Positions 20,294 to 29,661 of a stretch of 64,000 nucleotides of DNA are shown here, piece by piece; the first letter of the stretch is position 1, and each line of letters opens with the position of its first letter. The notes beneath the pieces were generated by a model. The model saw nothing but the letters and a program-made list of their open reading frames with translations. It ran no database searches and was not told the origin of the DNA. The stretch is from Polyangiaceae bacterium. Lineage in GTDB: Bacteria > Myxococcota_A > Polyangia > Polyangiales > Polyangiaceae. The position numbers and the translations under genes are program-made. The stretch spans positions 138,240 to 202,239 of the forward strand of contig JBNKBE010000011.1 of assembly GCA_050287085.1 (NCBI GenBank). The letters run 5' to 3'.

Positions 20294-20707
20294 TCACGAG
20301 GTGCTCAGAAGTTCCGCCCCAAGCTTGGCCATCGCGATATCCTCTTCCTCGGACATTCCGCTCACACCCACTGCACCGGCGACGCCACCCCCGACGCAAA
20401 CGGGAACACCGCCGCCCCACGTGACATAGCGGAGCTCACCGAAGTTCGTCAGCGGAAACCCCTCCCGCACTGCGGCTTCTCCCAGAGCCTTGGACTCGGC
20501 TCGTTCTCTAGCAGCCGTATAGGCTTTGTTGATAGCCACGGCGATGCAGGACAGCCGGCAGTCGTCCGTCCGCAGGAATGCAAGCAGCTCCCCGTGAGGA
20601 TCAACAACGGCCACAGCCGCCCCCCGACCGTGACGCTCTAGCTCAATCTTGAGCGCCGCAATGATTCGAAAGGCGTCGTCGTGTGAAAGCGAAGTACTGT
20701 TGAGCAT
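20294..20707 (-). CDS. Heme-binding protein, GlcG/HbpS family
   Basis: AVAVVDPHG.L..F.R.D..A.NKAYTA..GGGVP..GAVGVSG..ED. Confidence 0.92.
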   Translation of the reverse strand: MLNSTSLSHDDAFRIIAALKIELERHGRGAAVAVVDPHGELLAFLRTDDCRLSCIAVAINKAYTAARERAESKALGEAAVREGFPLTNFGELRYVTWGGGVPVCVGGGVAGAVGVSGMSEEEDIAMAKLGAELLSTS

Positions 20708-20863
20708 GAGGTGATTCTAGGCGGCTCGGGCGAGCCCTGAGGACCTCATTGCACGGGCTCCGAGGCAGTCACTCGCTGGCAACGCGCAAATCCAACCCGG
20801 ATGGCTGGTAAGTGGGCGGAACGGTCCCCCAACCTGGCCGTCGATTTTGAGTATAGTCCACCC

Positions 20864-21961
20864 GTGAAACAGCGACCGCGCCTCGACTACCTGGATGGTC
20901 TGCGCGGCTTGGCCGCGACCTACGTCGTGATTTTCCATGCGGTGGGCTTCCACGCGGGGGAGTTCGACACCCTGGGAAAGGTGCTTCGGAAGCCCTGGCT
21001 GTTCGGGCACGAGGCCGTCGCAGTCTTCATCGTACTGTCCGGCTACTGCCTGATGCTCCCCATCGCACGCTCGGATGACCAACGAATGCAGCGGTCGTTC
21101 GGGACCTATCTTCGACGCCGCGCCCAGCGCATCCTGCCGCCCTATTTCGTCGTACTCTTCGCGTCCATCGCCGCCATAGCCTTCATCCCGCTCATGAACG
21201 AGCGCACCGGAACGACGTGGGACGAGTCGTTTCCCGGCATAACGTGGGGACCCATCACAAGCCACGTGTTGTTGGTGCACAATTGGATGCCTGAGTACGC
21301 GACCCAAATCAACGGGCCGCTTTGGAGCGTGGCCAGCGAATGGCAGATCTACTTCCTACTGCCACTGCTCGTATGGGTGCGGCGGCAATGGGGTATTGCT
21401 GAACTGCTATCGTGCGCCGCTGTCATCGGCTACCTACCCGCCGTCTTCTTTCCGGAAGCCGCGGGAGCGGCAAACTCCTGGTACGTGCTTCTGTTTGCGA
21501 TGGGTATGGCTGCCGCCGACATCAATTTCAGCTCGGACGCGCTGAGTCAACGTCTTGCGCGTTGGAATTGGACGCGCGTGGCCTCGCTGCTGTGGCTGGG
21601 CTTTGTCGTGCTCGGCGTGGGACTCGCCCGCTACTGGTTTCGCTCCAAACTGTTGAGCGATCCCTATATGGGCGTCGCGACCGCCGCACTACTCATCACC
21701 CTAGGCTCCCAGTCGCACGCATCATCCCGACTTCGTCGTTTGCTTGACTCGCGCCCCTCTCAACTAATCGGGCGCTTTTCCTACAGTCTGTACCTCAGTC
21801 ACTTGCCCGTTCTCGCTGCGACCTACGCGCTCAGTCGCGGGCTCCACCTCGACCCAGCAAGCAACCTCTTGTTCATGAGCAGCGTCGGGCTACTGGCAGC
21901 GTACGGCGTGGCACATCTCCTATACATCACCGTCGAGCAACGGTTCCTCAACGCGCGCTGA
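20864..21961 (+). CDS. Acyltransferase-3 (OafA-like) membrane O-acyltransferase
   Basis: LDGLRGLAA..V..FH, F.VLSGY, RR..RI.PPY, LWSVASEWQIY, SYSLYL.H. Confidence 0.93.
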   Translation: MKQRPRLDYLDGLRGLAATYVVIFHAVGFHAGEFDTLGKVLRKPWLFGHEAVAVFIVLSGYCLMLPIARSDDQRMQRSFGTYLRRRAQRILPPYFVVLFASIAAIAFIPLMNERTGTTWDESFPGITWGPITSHVLLVHNWMPEYATQINGPLWSVASEWQIYFLLPLLVWVRRQWGIAELLSCAAVIGYLPAVFFPEAAGAANSWYVLLFAMGMAAADINFSSDALSQRLARWNWTRVASLLWLGFVVLGVGLARYWFRSKLLSDPYMGVATAALLITLGSQSHASSRLRRLLDSRPSQLIGRFSYSLYLSHLPVLAATYALSRGLHLDPASNLLFMSSVGLLAAYGVAHLLYITVEQRFLNAR

Positions 21962-22081
21962 CGAGCTCAGAGCGCCCGACGGAAGCTCTAATAGCCTAGA
22001 GGCCCGACGGATCACCGCGAGGAGCAACACATCAGGCCATTCCAGCGGCCGTCGCTCTCGCAGCGGCTTGGACAATCCGCG

Positions 22082-22927
22082 TCACTCCGCCCCCGCGGAA
22101 TACACAGCATCAAAGTGGTCCGCAAAACGCTTCATATAGCGTTGCCAGTCAAGTTCTTGATGGAGCTCGTGATAACACCCCTCTACAACGTGCAGCTCTC
22201 CATTCGGTAGGCGATCGAAGACCGCTTGCGTCGCTTGAACCGAGACAATGAAATCAAGCTGTGATTGGAGGCAGAACACTGGACAGGAAAGCGCCGGCGC
22301 TCGCTGCAATACTTCCTGCTGAGCCTCCAGCACCTCCGTGAACCAGCGCGCAGTAACACGGTGAATGGCCAACGGATCGGCATCGAGCAGGCGAGCGCGC
22401 TCAGCGTCATGAGTGAGTTTGTCAGAGGAAATCGTCGTCTCGTCAGAGTAGGTGGGCCAGACGCGGCTCATCCAACGGCCCAGCGCTACACGCCACGCAG
22501 CGGGCTGCAACCCAATGCCGAAGAGCGGAGAGCTCAGCACCAAAGCGCGCACATCAAGACGGTGTTGCAGCCAAGTTCGAGCGGTGATGAGGCCCCCCAT
22601 GCTGTGCCCAAACAGCACCGGCTTACCTGCGGCCGACCATGTGGGAAGCTCGTCCAGGGTCTGTAAGACGTCGAGCAGGTCGCGACTCCAGTCGTCGAAG
22701 CGCGCAACATGGCCGCGCCGCCCTTCGGACAGCCCCTGACCGCGGGGATCGTAGACGGCTACCAGATGACCGAGAGAGCGCCAATACTCCGCCACGTGGG
22801 CCCAACGCCCCACGTGCTCAGCGAACCCCGGGGTCAACAATACAGCGCCGCGAACGGCGGTCGACGGCTCAAACACGCAATAGCGCAAAGTCGGCATGCC
22901 AGGCCGCCGCAGGAAGAGATCTGCCAT
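22082..22927 (-). CDS. Alpha/beta hydrolase, lysophospholipase/monoglyceride lipase family
   Basis: GFAEH.GR, D.RGQG.SEG.RGH, GHSMGG, D..V, HEL. Confidence 0.92.
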   Translation of the reverse strand: MADLFLRRPGMPTLRYCVFEPSTAVRGAVLLTPGFAEHVGRWAHVAEYWRSLGHLVAVYDPRGQGLSEGRRGHVARFDDWSRDLLDVLQTLDELPTWSAAGKPVLFGHSMGGLITARTWLQHRLDVRALVLSSPLFGIGLQPAAWRVALGRWMSRVWPTYSDETTISSDKLTHDAERARLLDADPLAIHRVTARWFTEVLEAQQEVLQRAPALSCPVFCLQSQLDFIVSVQATQAVFDRLPNGELHVVEGCYHELHQELDWQRYMKRFADHFDAVYSAGAE

Positions 22928-22984
22928 ATATGAACCAAGGTAGCACGCAGTGCCCCTCAAGCGCACGCTGGGAGCCACGGGCCC

Positions 22985-23476
22985 CTAGGTGCGCCCGCAG
23001 GCGGCGGCTGCCAACGCGCTTCCTTGAAGCGCGAGCCCACGAGCTACCGCGGCCCTTGCCTGCTGCACCGCTTTCAGGTCGCGCGCGATGAGTTCGCGCT
23101 CACCCAGCGATTCCCTTCGCGCCCCCGGGGCAACAACTGCCTGCGCGTTCATCACGCCGGCAGCAACGCTCGAAGCTACAGGCCGCTCGGAGGTGCTCCA
23201 CGCTGCGGCAACCCCCGTGGTCCCTTCGCCAGACGCCGGGGACAACCCCAGACCGAGCCCTCCTTCTCCCTCGTCGAGCCACAAGGCGATCTCGTCCAGC
23301 CATTGCAGTTCTCCTCCGGACAGCTCTGATTGACCTTCCGACAAGTCGGTGCAGTCTTCCAAGAGCGCCAGGATCTCGTCGTCGGTAAGCTCAGACAGAC
23401 ATATTCCAGCGTTCTGGAGTCCCTCCGTCGGCGCCGGGGGAGCGCTCGAGTGAGTGGCCATTGCCTCCACGTTCAT
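22985..23476 (-). CDS. Hypothetical protein
   Basis: ATGA-coupled to upstream TPR gene; acidic N-half. Confidence 0.5.
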   Translation of the reverse strand: MNVEAMATHSSAPPAPTEGLQNAGICLSELTDDEILALLEDCTDLSEGQSELSGGELQWLDEIALWLDEGEGGLGLGLSPASGEGTTGVAAAWSTSERPVASSVAAGVMNAQAVVAPGARRESLGERELIARDLKAVQQARAAVARGLALQGSALAAAACGRT

Positions 23477-23877
23477 GCTTCGGCTCCCCCTGAAGAAGCC
23501 CGGACGGGAGCGTTCGACCGCGACACACTCCCGGGTTCACTGGACAGCCTGAGGCCTGCCTCGCAGAACAGAGCCGCCGCGCCGCGATGCGCTCCCAGCT
23601 CAAATGCGCGCTGCGCCGCTTCGAACCGTCCGGCCTCGGCCAAGCTGCGCCCAAGCAGATACCAGGCAGCAACGTCTTGCGGCTTGGACAGCACCAACAA
23701 GCGTTGAATTGCGGCCGCATCGCGATAGTGCGCCCCCTCGAATAAGAAGCGGCCCCACCGGCGAAGGCCTTGCTGCAAGCTCGGCGACAAACAGCTGAGC
23801 ACACGGCCGCGCGGGGCCGTTGTCGGCGGCGACTGGGCGCCGTTCCCCTCGGAGGGCATCATCGACTGGTTGTTCAT
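23473..23877 (-). CDS. Small TPR protein resembling SycD/LcrH class II chaperones
   Basis: G..LFE..HYRDA..I.RLLVLSKPQD..AW..LG.SL...GRFEAA..AF. Confidence 0.6.
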   Translation of the reverse strand: MNNQSMMPSEGNGAQSPPTTAPRGRVLSCLSPSLQQGLRRWGRFLFEGAHYRDAAAIQRLLVLSKPQDVAAWYLLGRSLAEAGRFEAAQRAFELGAHRGAAALFCEAGLRLSSEPGSVSRSNAPVRASSGGAEA

Positions 23878-23978
23878 GCCAAGCCCTCGCCCCGAGAATG
23901 GACGGGTTGCGCACAAAGGTTCGCAGACTCAACAAAGCGCAGGGTGCAAACTCAGAGCGGCAGCCCCTGGTACGGATT

Positions 23979-25061
23979 CTAGTCGGAACCGAGCACGTCC
24001 AAGAGACACCGAAAGTCGACGCTGTCCAGCGTCGGCAACTCTCGAGTCACGCACTCGCGCAGCAGACGCTCCAGGTAGGTCGAACGAAAGAAGTGCTGAC
24101 CCGAACGCACCACGTAGTTCAAGAGGAAGAAGCGATACGCCTCCTTGAGAAAGAGGAGGTCCTCTTCCTGCAGGGGAAAGATCTCGTGATAGGCCCGCAA
24201 GAACTCCCCGAAGCGTGGCTCGAAGAATGGGCGGGCATTGTAGCTAAATAGCGTCTTATCCCCCTCCGAGCGGACCACGCGGGCAGCAAAGTAGAAGTCG
24301 AGCGTGCGAGGTCCGATCCGGAACCAATCGTAGTCCCAACGCGAGTAGAATTTGAAGCCTGTGGCCTCCAGCCCCACCGAGAAGTTCCCAATGTTCCAGT
24401 CCAATAGCACGGGACTTCGCGGCATATGATGATATCCCAGTCGCTCCGCGTTGAGCAGCAATAGCTCACACTGTCCCCGCAGGAAATGCTCCTCCTGATC
24501 GCTCAATCCGTGCTCGTGGCGAAAGGAGTCACTGCCCAATACCTCGTGCAGCGCGGCAACGTCACTCCCAAGGGTCTTCCAGGTCGGATCCAAACGCGGA
24601 GCCACCGCGGCAGAAGCCAGATGAAAGTGAGCCAACTCCCGCCCAAAGGCCCGCACCTGATCCAAGGTCAATACCCGCGGCAGAAAGTCGTAGAACGGGG
24701 CCTTGTCGTAGAACACCACCCAGCGTTCTTGTTCGCGATAGGTAAACACGTCTCCCGGTGGACCAATGATGGGCGCCAAGAACTCCGAGAAGCGCGTGCC
24801 TCCAAGCAAGCGCCGCCACTGCGCGATCAGTTGGTGGTCTTGACGGAAGTGTACGTATGACCCGTAGCTCGAGGTCTTGGCGATCACCTCTGCGCCGCGT
24901 TCGAATGTGAGTCGAAACACCCGGTTCGTCGACACTTTGGCGCTGATGTCTTGAATCCCCACCGGGACGCCCGAATGACCCAAGGCTTCCCAAGCGCGAC
25001 GGACGAGGGCCGCATCGTTGAGCCTGCGGATATCGCTGTCACGATCACCCATTGGGCCCAT
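23979..25061 (-). CDS. Aminoglycoside-phosphotransferase-like kinase
   Basis: LAHFH, LLDWNIGNF (catalytic loop analogue), WDYDW (DFG analogue). Confidence 0.7.
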   Translation of the reverse strand: MGPMGDRDSDIRRLNDAALVRRAWEALGHSGVPVGIQDISAKVSTNRVFRLTFERGAEVIAKTSSYGSYVHFRQDHQLIAQWRRLLGGTRFSEFLAPIIGPPGDVFTYREQERWVVFYDKAPFYDFLPRVLTLDQVRAFGRELAHFHLASAAVAPRLDPTWKTLGSDVAALHEVLGSDSFRHEHGLSDQEEHFLRGQCELLLLNAERLGYHHMPRSPVLLDWNIGNFSVGLEATGFKFYSRWDYDWFRIGPRTLDFYFAARVVRSEGDKTLFSYNARPFFEPRFGEFLRAYHEIFPLQEEDLLFLKEAYRFFLLNYVVRSGQHFFRSTYLERLLRECVTRELPTLDSVDFRCLLDVLGSD

Positions 25062-25289
25062 ACTGTGACGCAGTTCAGTCCTCGGAGCATGATTTCCGGC
25101 ACAGGCCAAGCAGCCTGCGCTCTCGTACCCAAGTTCCGAACGGCCCGAGGTACTGGAATTGACGCAGGAAGCACTATTCGGACGCTCCTTGGCCGTCGGA
25201 TTGTGCTGGAGTTTCAACCGCTTTGGGGTGCAAATGAGCAGCGGCGGACGGCCCGCGTCGGGGGCGTGGCTTTTTTGTCGGACAAGCGC

Positions 25290-25318
25290 TTGCTAACTGA
25301 CCCGGACGCGACTAGCTT
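25290..25318 (+). promoter_or_regulatory. Sigma70-type promoter of rplU-rpmA
   Basis: TTGCTA-17 bp-TAGCTT directly upstream of rplU. Confidence 0.6.
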
Positions 25319-25332
25319 TGCCGCCCCTTCAG

Positions 25333-25644
25333 ATGGCACACGCGATATTTAAGACCGGCGGGAAGCAGTACCGGGCCGCAGAGGGCGACCGGATCCGCAT
25401 CCCAAAAACCGACGGAAACCCCGGTGACAAGCTCACCTTTGACCAGGTCCTGGCGCTCGACGGCGACAGCCCTAAGTTCGGCAAGCCGTTCTTGGCCGGA
25501 GTCAAAGTTGAGGCGGAAATCCTCAAGCAGGATCGAGACAAGAAGCTCATCGTCTTCAAGTTCAAGCGCCGCAAGCGTCATCGCAAGAAGGCCGGGCACC
25601 GTCAGGACTTCACTGAGGTGAAGATCACGGGCATTTCGGCCTGA
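25333..25644 (+). CDS. rplU: 50S ribosomal protein L21
   Basis: AIFKTGGKQYR..EGD, KFKRRK..RKK.GHRQ.FT. Confidence 0.98.
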   Translation: MAHAIFKTGGKQYRAAEGDRIRIPKTDGNPGDKLTFDQVLALDGDSPKFGKPFLAGVKVEAEILKQDRDKKLIVFKFKRRKRHRKKAGHRQDFTEVKITGISA

Positions 25645-25680
25645 TCGGGCGATTACACCGCAGACTGGAGAGAATGCAGC

Positions 25681-25938
25681 ATGGCACATAAAAAGGGCGG
25701 CGGCTCCACACGCAACGGACGTGATTCGAATCCCCAACACCGCGGCGTTAAGCGCTTCGGGGGTGAGCAGGTCAATGCTGGTACCATTTTGGTGCGCCAG
25801 GTAGGTGAAAGCGTCGCGCCCGGCACTAACGTCGGCAAGGGCAAGGACTTCACCCTCTACGCATTGATAGACGGCAAGGTAGCGTTTGAGTACGTGACCA
25901 AGTCGAAGCGGAAAGTCTCCGTCTACCCCGCAAACTAG
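25681..25938 (+). CDS. rpmA: 50S ribosomal protein L27
   Basis: [32 protein letters not shown]. Confidence 0.99.
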   Translation: MAHKKGGGSTRNGRDSNPQHRGVKRFGGEQVNAGTILVRQVGESVAPGTNVGKGKDFTLYALIDGKVAFEYVTKSKRKVSVYPAN

Positions 25939-26003
25939 ATTGATCTGGGCGCACCTCGCGTCCAGCGATGTCACTGAAGCAGGCCGCAAAGACAGCGGCC
26001 GAG

Positions 26004-26032
26004 GCCTGATCCCACCTGGGGTCGGGCTTTTT
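26004..26032 (+). terminator. Intrinsic terminator after rpmA
   Basis: GCCTGATCCC-ACCT-GGGGTCGGGC stem (with G-U pairs) followed by TTTTT. Confidence 0.85.
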
Positions 26033-26054
26033 CGTTTGCGCGCTGAGTGTTAGG

Positions 26055-26660
26055 GTGCGCACTTTCGAGCCAATGGCTGCTGCAACCTCACAGACTCCTC
26101 CGAGACGACCCGTCTATCTAGCCCTTGCGCTCTCTCTGTGCTGGTTTCTGGCGTTCACCATCATTCAGAACGGCTACTTTACGATCAAAGTGGCCAACGC
26201 CCCCTTGGCGGCTCAAAGCATAGGCCTTCCCTCCGTGGTGAGCGAAGCCTGGGTCGAAGCCGTCGCCAGCAACCTCGGCACAGCAATCCCGATTTCGGTC
26301 GCGCAGTTGCTGCTCGGCGGGCTGCTCCTATTCGTCAGCTCCATCATCGTCCTGGGCGGACGGGTGCCGCTCGCTTTGAGCCTGCAAGCACTGGCAGCCA
26401 ACGCGGTGCTCGCAGTAGTCCACTATGCCATGAGCGGCGACGAGCGCTCCGCGTTGATCCGCGCCTTTGTAGAGCTCTCGGAAGTGCCCGGAGAAGATCC
26501 AGCCAGCATCAAGGCGATGGCAACCTCCGCCTATTACTGGGCGTTTCGTCTTGGACTCCTGACGCACTTGCTTCTTTTCGCGGTGGGAGCGTTTGCACTG
26601 ACGCGGCAGCGTGCGCGCCACTACCTTGCGTACGCCCCCGATCCGGGTCGCGAGCGGTAG
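26055..26660 (+). CDS. Hypothetical membrane protein (~4 TM)
   Basis: Four hydrophobic segments; coding-like ORF. Confidence 0.7.
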   Translation: MRTFEPMAAATSQTPPRRPVYLALALSLCWFLAFTIIQNGYFTIKVANAPLAAQSIGLPSVVSEAWVEAVASNLGTAIPISVAQLLLGGLLLFVSSIIVLGGRVPLALSLQALAANAVLAVVHYAMSGDERSALIRAFVELSEVPGEDPASIKAMATSAYYWAFRLGLLTHLLLFAVGAFALTRQRARHYLAYAPDPGRER

Positions 26661-26693
26661 AAGGCGGCAAGTAGACCTAAGATACTCAGCGTC

Positions 26694-28712
26694 ATGCCCC
26701 GGATCGCAGTTCTTCCCGCCGCTCTCGCCAGTCAGATCGCCGCTGGCGAAGTGGTGGAGCGCCCCGCGAGCGCTCTAAAGGAGCTGATCGAGAACAGTCT
26801 CGATGCAGGTGCCGAACGCTGCGATATCGAGATTGAAGGCGGTGGGATCTTGCGACTCCGCATTCGCGACGACGGCTCGGGCATGAGCCCAGAGGACGCG
26901 CCCCTCGCGGTGCAGCGCCATGCAACCAGCAAGCTGCAACGTTTCGAGGACCTCGACGACCTGCCGAGCTTCGGCTTCCGCGGGGAGGCACTGCCCAGCA
27001 TTGCTTCCGTGAGCCGCTTTTCGCTCGAGACGCGCACTCCGGAAAACGAAGCGGGCACTCGCATCGTCGTCGACGGAGGGGGTCCGCCGGCGGTCAGTCC
27101 CGTCGGGATGGCCCCGGGCACATGTATCGACGTGCGCGACCTGTTCTACAACGTACCCGCCCGACGCAAGTTTCTACGATCGAGTGGGACCGAGTCTGGG
27201 CACATCGCCGAAGTGGTCGACAACGCCGCCCTCGCTTGCCCCGGCGTCACCTTCACGCTGCTGCGCGACGGCCGCCGGGCGCGAGAATGGCTACGCGCGC
27301 CGGGAAGGGGTGAACGGGTTCGAGACGTCCTCGGCGAAAGCATCCCTTACACTTGCGCAGGAGAGCGAGGTCCGCTGCGCATAGAGGCGTATCTCAGCGC
27401 CCCCCAGCAGGCGCGCAGCGGCTCTTCGGCGCTGCGCCTGTTCTGCAACGAACGCCCGATCCGCGATCGCGCCATCCTCGGCACCGTCGCCCAGGTGTAC
27501 GGCGCGGCGCTCGAACGCGGTCGTTATCCCCGCGGCGTGGTGTATATCAACCTGCCTCCACAGCTAGTTGATATCAACGTTCATCCGCAAAAAACGGAAG
27601 TGCGTTTCGCCGATCCCCGCGCTGTGTGCGACGCCATATTCGATCTCCTCCACGGCCAGCTCGCCACGCAACTGACGCTGCCGCCTCCTGAGGTTCGACG
27701 CGACACCTTCGTGGGACAGACGCCGCGCGAGATCAACCCACTGACCGAGCATCTGCGGCGCGGCTCCTCGCGTCCAACGCAGCTCAGGCCCAGTCTCAAG
27801 CTGGCCGATGTGGCGAGCAGCGGACGCTTGCAAGCTAAGCCTAGGTCACAGCCGACAGGCAGCCAGACGATCTCTGCACAGCCGTTCGGACGTTCTGAGG
27901 GTCACGCAAAGCAAGTACTCGAAGGACTGAGCAACGCTCCGGCGCCGCACAGTGCTCCAGCACCGCACAGTGCTCCAGCACCGCACAGTGCTCCAGCGCC
28001 GCACAGTGCTCCAGCGCCGCACAGTGCTCCAGCGCCGCACAGTGCTCCAGCGCCGCACAGTGCTCCAACAGCCCCCGAGGCACCCGGTGCAACTCCCTCC
28101 CCGTCGCTAGCCACGCCAGGTCGCGGCGCACGGACTCCGCAGGGTGATGCTTTCGATGCGCTGCGCGTCCTTGCCACCATCCGCTTTGGGCTGCTCGTCT
28201 GTGAAGGGCCCACCGGGCTGTACATCCTCGATCAACACGCCGCGTCAGAAGCTGTAGTCCGCCATCGTCTCACGCAAGGCGACAACGGACAGGGCGCGGC
28301 ACGGCAGCGATTGCTCTTCCCCGAATCGATAGTTGTGACCGAAGTCAGTGAACAACACCTCGAGCGAGCGTTACCCTATTATGAACGCCTTGGGTTCGAA
28401 CTGCGACTCCACGGCGCGGGCGCGGCGAGTCTCCACTCCGTGCCACGGGTACTCAGTCATCGCCCGGCGCTGGAATTGGCCACAACACTGCTCGGTGCCG
28501 CGCGTCAGGACGACGAACTGGACGAAAGCCGTTTGCTCTCGGAGCTGGCATGCCAAGGTGCCTGGCGCAGCGATGAATCTCGAACCATTGCAGCGGCCCA
28601 AGCTCTTGTTGCGGAACTCGCCGGGCTCGATACGAAAGCACCCGCGATCCATCGACGCATAGTCGTACACTTCACGCCTTGGTCCGACGTGGAGCGGCGC
28701 ATTGGACGATAG
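26694..28712 (+). CDS. mutL: DNA mismatch repair protein MutL
   Basis: IAAGEVVERPAS.LKELIENSLDAGA, GFRGEAL, DLFYNVPARRKFL, VDINVHP.K.EVRF, LDQHAA. Confidence 0.97.
   Translation: MPRIAVLPAALASQIAAGEVVERPASALKELIENSLDAGAERCDIEIEGGGILRLRIRDDGSGMSPEDAPLAVQRHATSKLQRFEDLDDLPSFGFRGEALPSIASVSRFSLETRTPENEAGTRIVVDGGGPPAVSPVGMAPGTCIDVRDLFYNVPARRKFLRSSGTESGHIAEVVDNAALACPGVTFTLLRDGRRAREWLRAPGRGERVRDVLGESIPYTCAGERGPLRIEAYLSAPQQARSGSSALRLFCNERPIRDRAILGTVAQVYGAALERGRYPRGVVYINLPPQLVDINVHPQKTEVRFADPRAVCDAIFDLLHGQLATQLTLPPPEVRRDTFVGQTPREINPLTEHLRRGSSRPTQLRPSLKLADVASSGRLQAKPRSQPTGSQTISAQPFGRSEGHAKQVLEGLSNAPAPHSAPAPHSAPAPHSAPAPHSAPAPHSAPAPHSAPAPHSAPTAPEAPGATPSPSLATPGRGARTPQGDAFDALRVLATIRFGLLVCEGPTGLYILDQHAASEAVVRHRLTQGDNGQGAARQRLLFPESIVVTEVSEQHLERALPYYERLGFELRLHGAGAASLHSVPRVLSHRPALELATTLLGAARQDDELDESRLLSELACQGAWRSDESRTIAAAQALVAELAGLDTKAPAIHRRIVVHFTPWSDVERRIGR
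27936..28067. repeat. 18-bp in-frame tandem repeat x7 (APAPHS) in the MutL linker
   Basis: GCTCCRGCRCCGCACAGT repeated. Confidence 0.95.
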
Positions 28713-29661
28713 AATTCTCGCACTCGTCGGCCCGACTGCGTCCGGCAAGACGGCGCTCGCCATTGAACTGGCTTCGGCTATCGACGCCGAGATAGTCAGT
28801 GTAGACAGCGTTCAGCTGTACGCACACTTTGATATTGGAAGCGGTAAGCCCTCAGCCGAGGAATTGGCACGCATCCGTCATCACCTGATCGGCGTCGCCG
28901 ATCCGCTCGACGCCTGGGACGCCAGTCGCTTTGCCGCGGAGGCCCGCCGAATCGTCGACGAGATTCAACAACGCGGCAAACGCGTCGTGTTGTGCGGCGG
29001 CACCTACCTGTGGCTCAAAGCGCTGGTATTTGGACTAGTCCCAGCGCCCCCGAAAAACGACGCCTTGCGCGCGCAACATCTCGCGCTAGCGGAAACCCAC
29101 GGACGAGCGGCGCTGCACGAGCGCCTGACCCAGGTGGATTCCGAGGCCGCAGCGCGCCTGAATCCGAACGACTTCGTCCGCGTGAGCCGAGCGCTCGAGG
29201 TATACGAGCTTACCGGCCAGCGCCTGAGTGAGCTGCAAGCGGGTCACGGCTTCCAGCGCGCGCGCTATCCCACTTCGCTCGTCGGCATTCACTACGAACC
29301 CGCGGCTCTCGGCATTCGCATCGAAAAGCGAGTCCAGACCATGCTCAACGCCGGGTGGGAAGCGGAAGTCCGACGACTGATAGCTCTCGGCTATCGCGAT
29401 ACCCGAGCCATGCAGAGCGTCGGCTACCGCCAGGTGCTGGCGAGTCTGGATGCAGAGAACTCCGACCGCAGCTCGCTCGCTGCGAATGTGACGCAAGTCA
29501 CGCGCGTATTCGCACGAAGGCAGCGTACGTGGCTTCGGGATCAGCCCGTTTTGTGGCTGCCAGGCGACGCGCCCCTCGACGTCTCAGAGGTAATCCGCCG
29601 GCTGCACGCGGCGCCCCTGCTTGGCGCGACGGCTGCCGGCAGCGCTACTGACCAAGCTTGA
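28702..29661 (+). CDS. miaA: tRNA dimethylallyltransferase
   Basis: GPTASGKT, DSVQLY..DIGSGKP, HHLI, GGT.L, RALEV, ARRQRTW; follows mutL. Confidence 0.97.
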   Translation: MDDRILALVGPTASGKTALAIELASAIDAEIVSVDSVQLYAHFDIGSGKPSAEELARIRHHLIGVADPLDAWDASRFAAEARRIVDEIQQRGKRVVLCGGTYLWLKALVFGLVPAPPKNDALRAQHLALAETHGRAALHERLTQVDSEAAARLNPNDFVRVSRALEVYELTGQRLSELQAGHGFQRARYPTSLVGIHYEPAALGIRIEKRVQTMLNAGWEAEVRRLIALGYRDTRAMQSVGYRQVLASLDAENSDRSSLAANVTQVTRVFARRQRTWLRDQPVLWLPGDAPLDVSEVIRRLHAAPLLGATAAGSATDQA

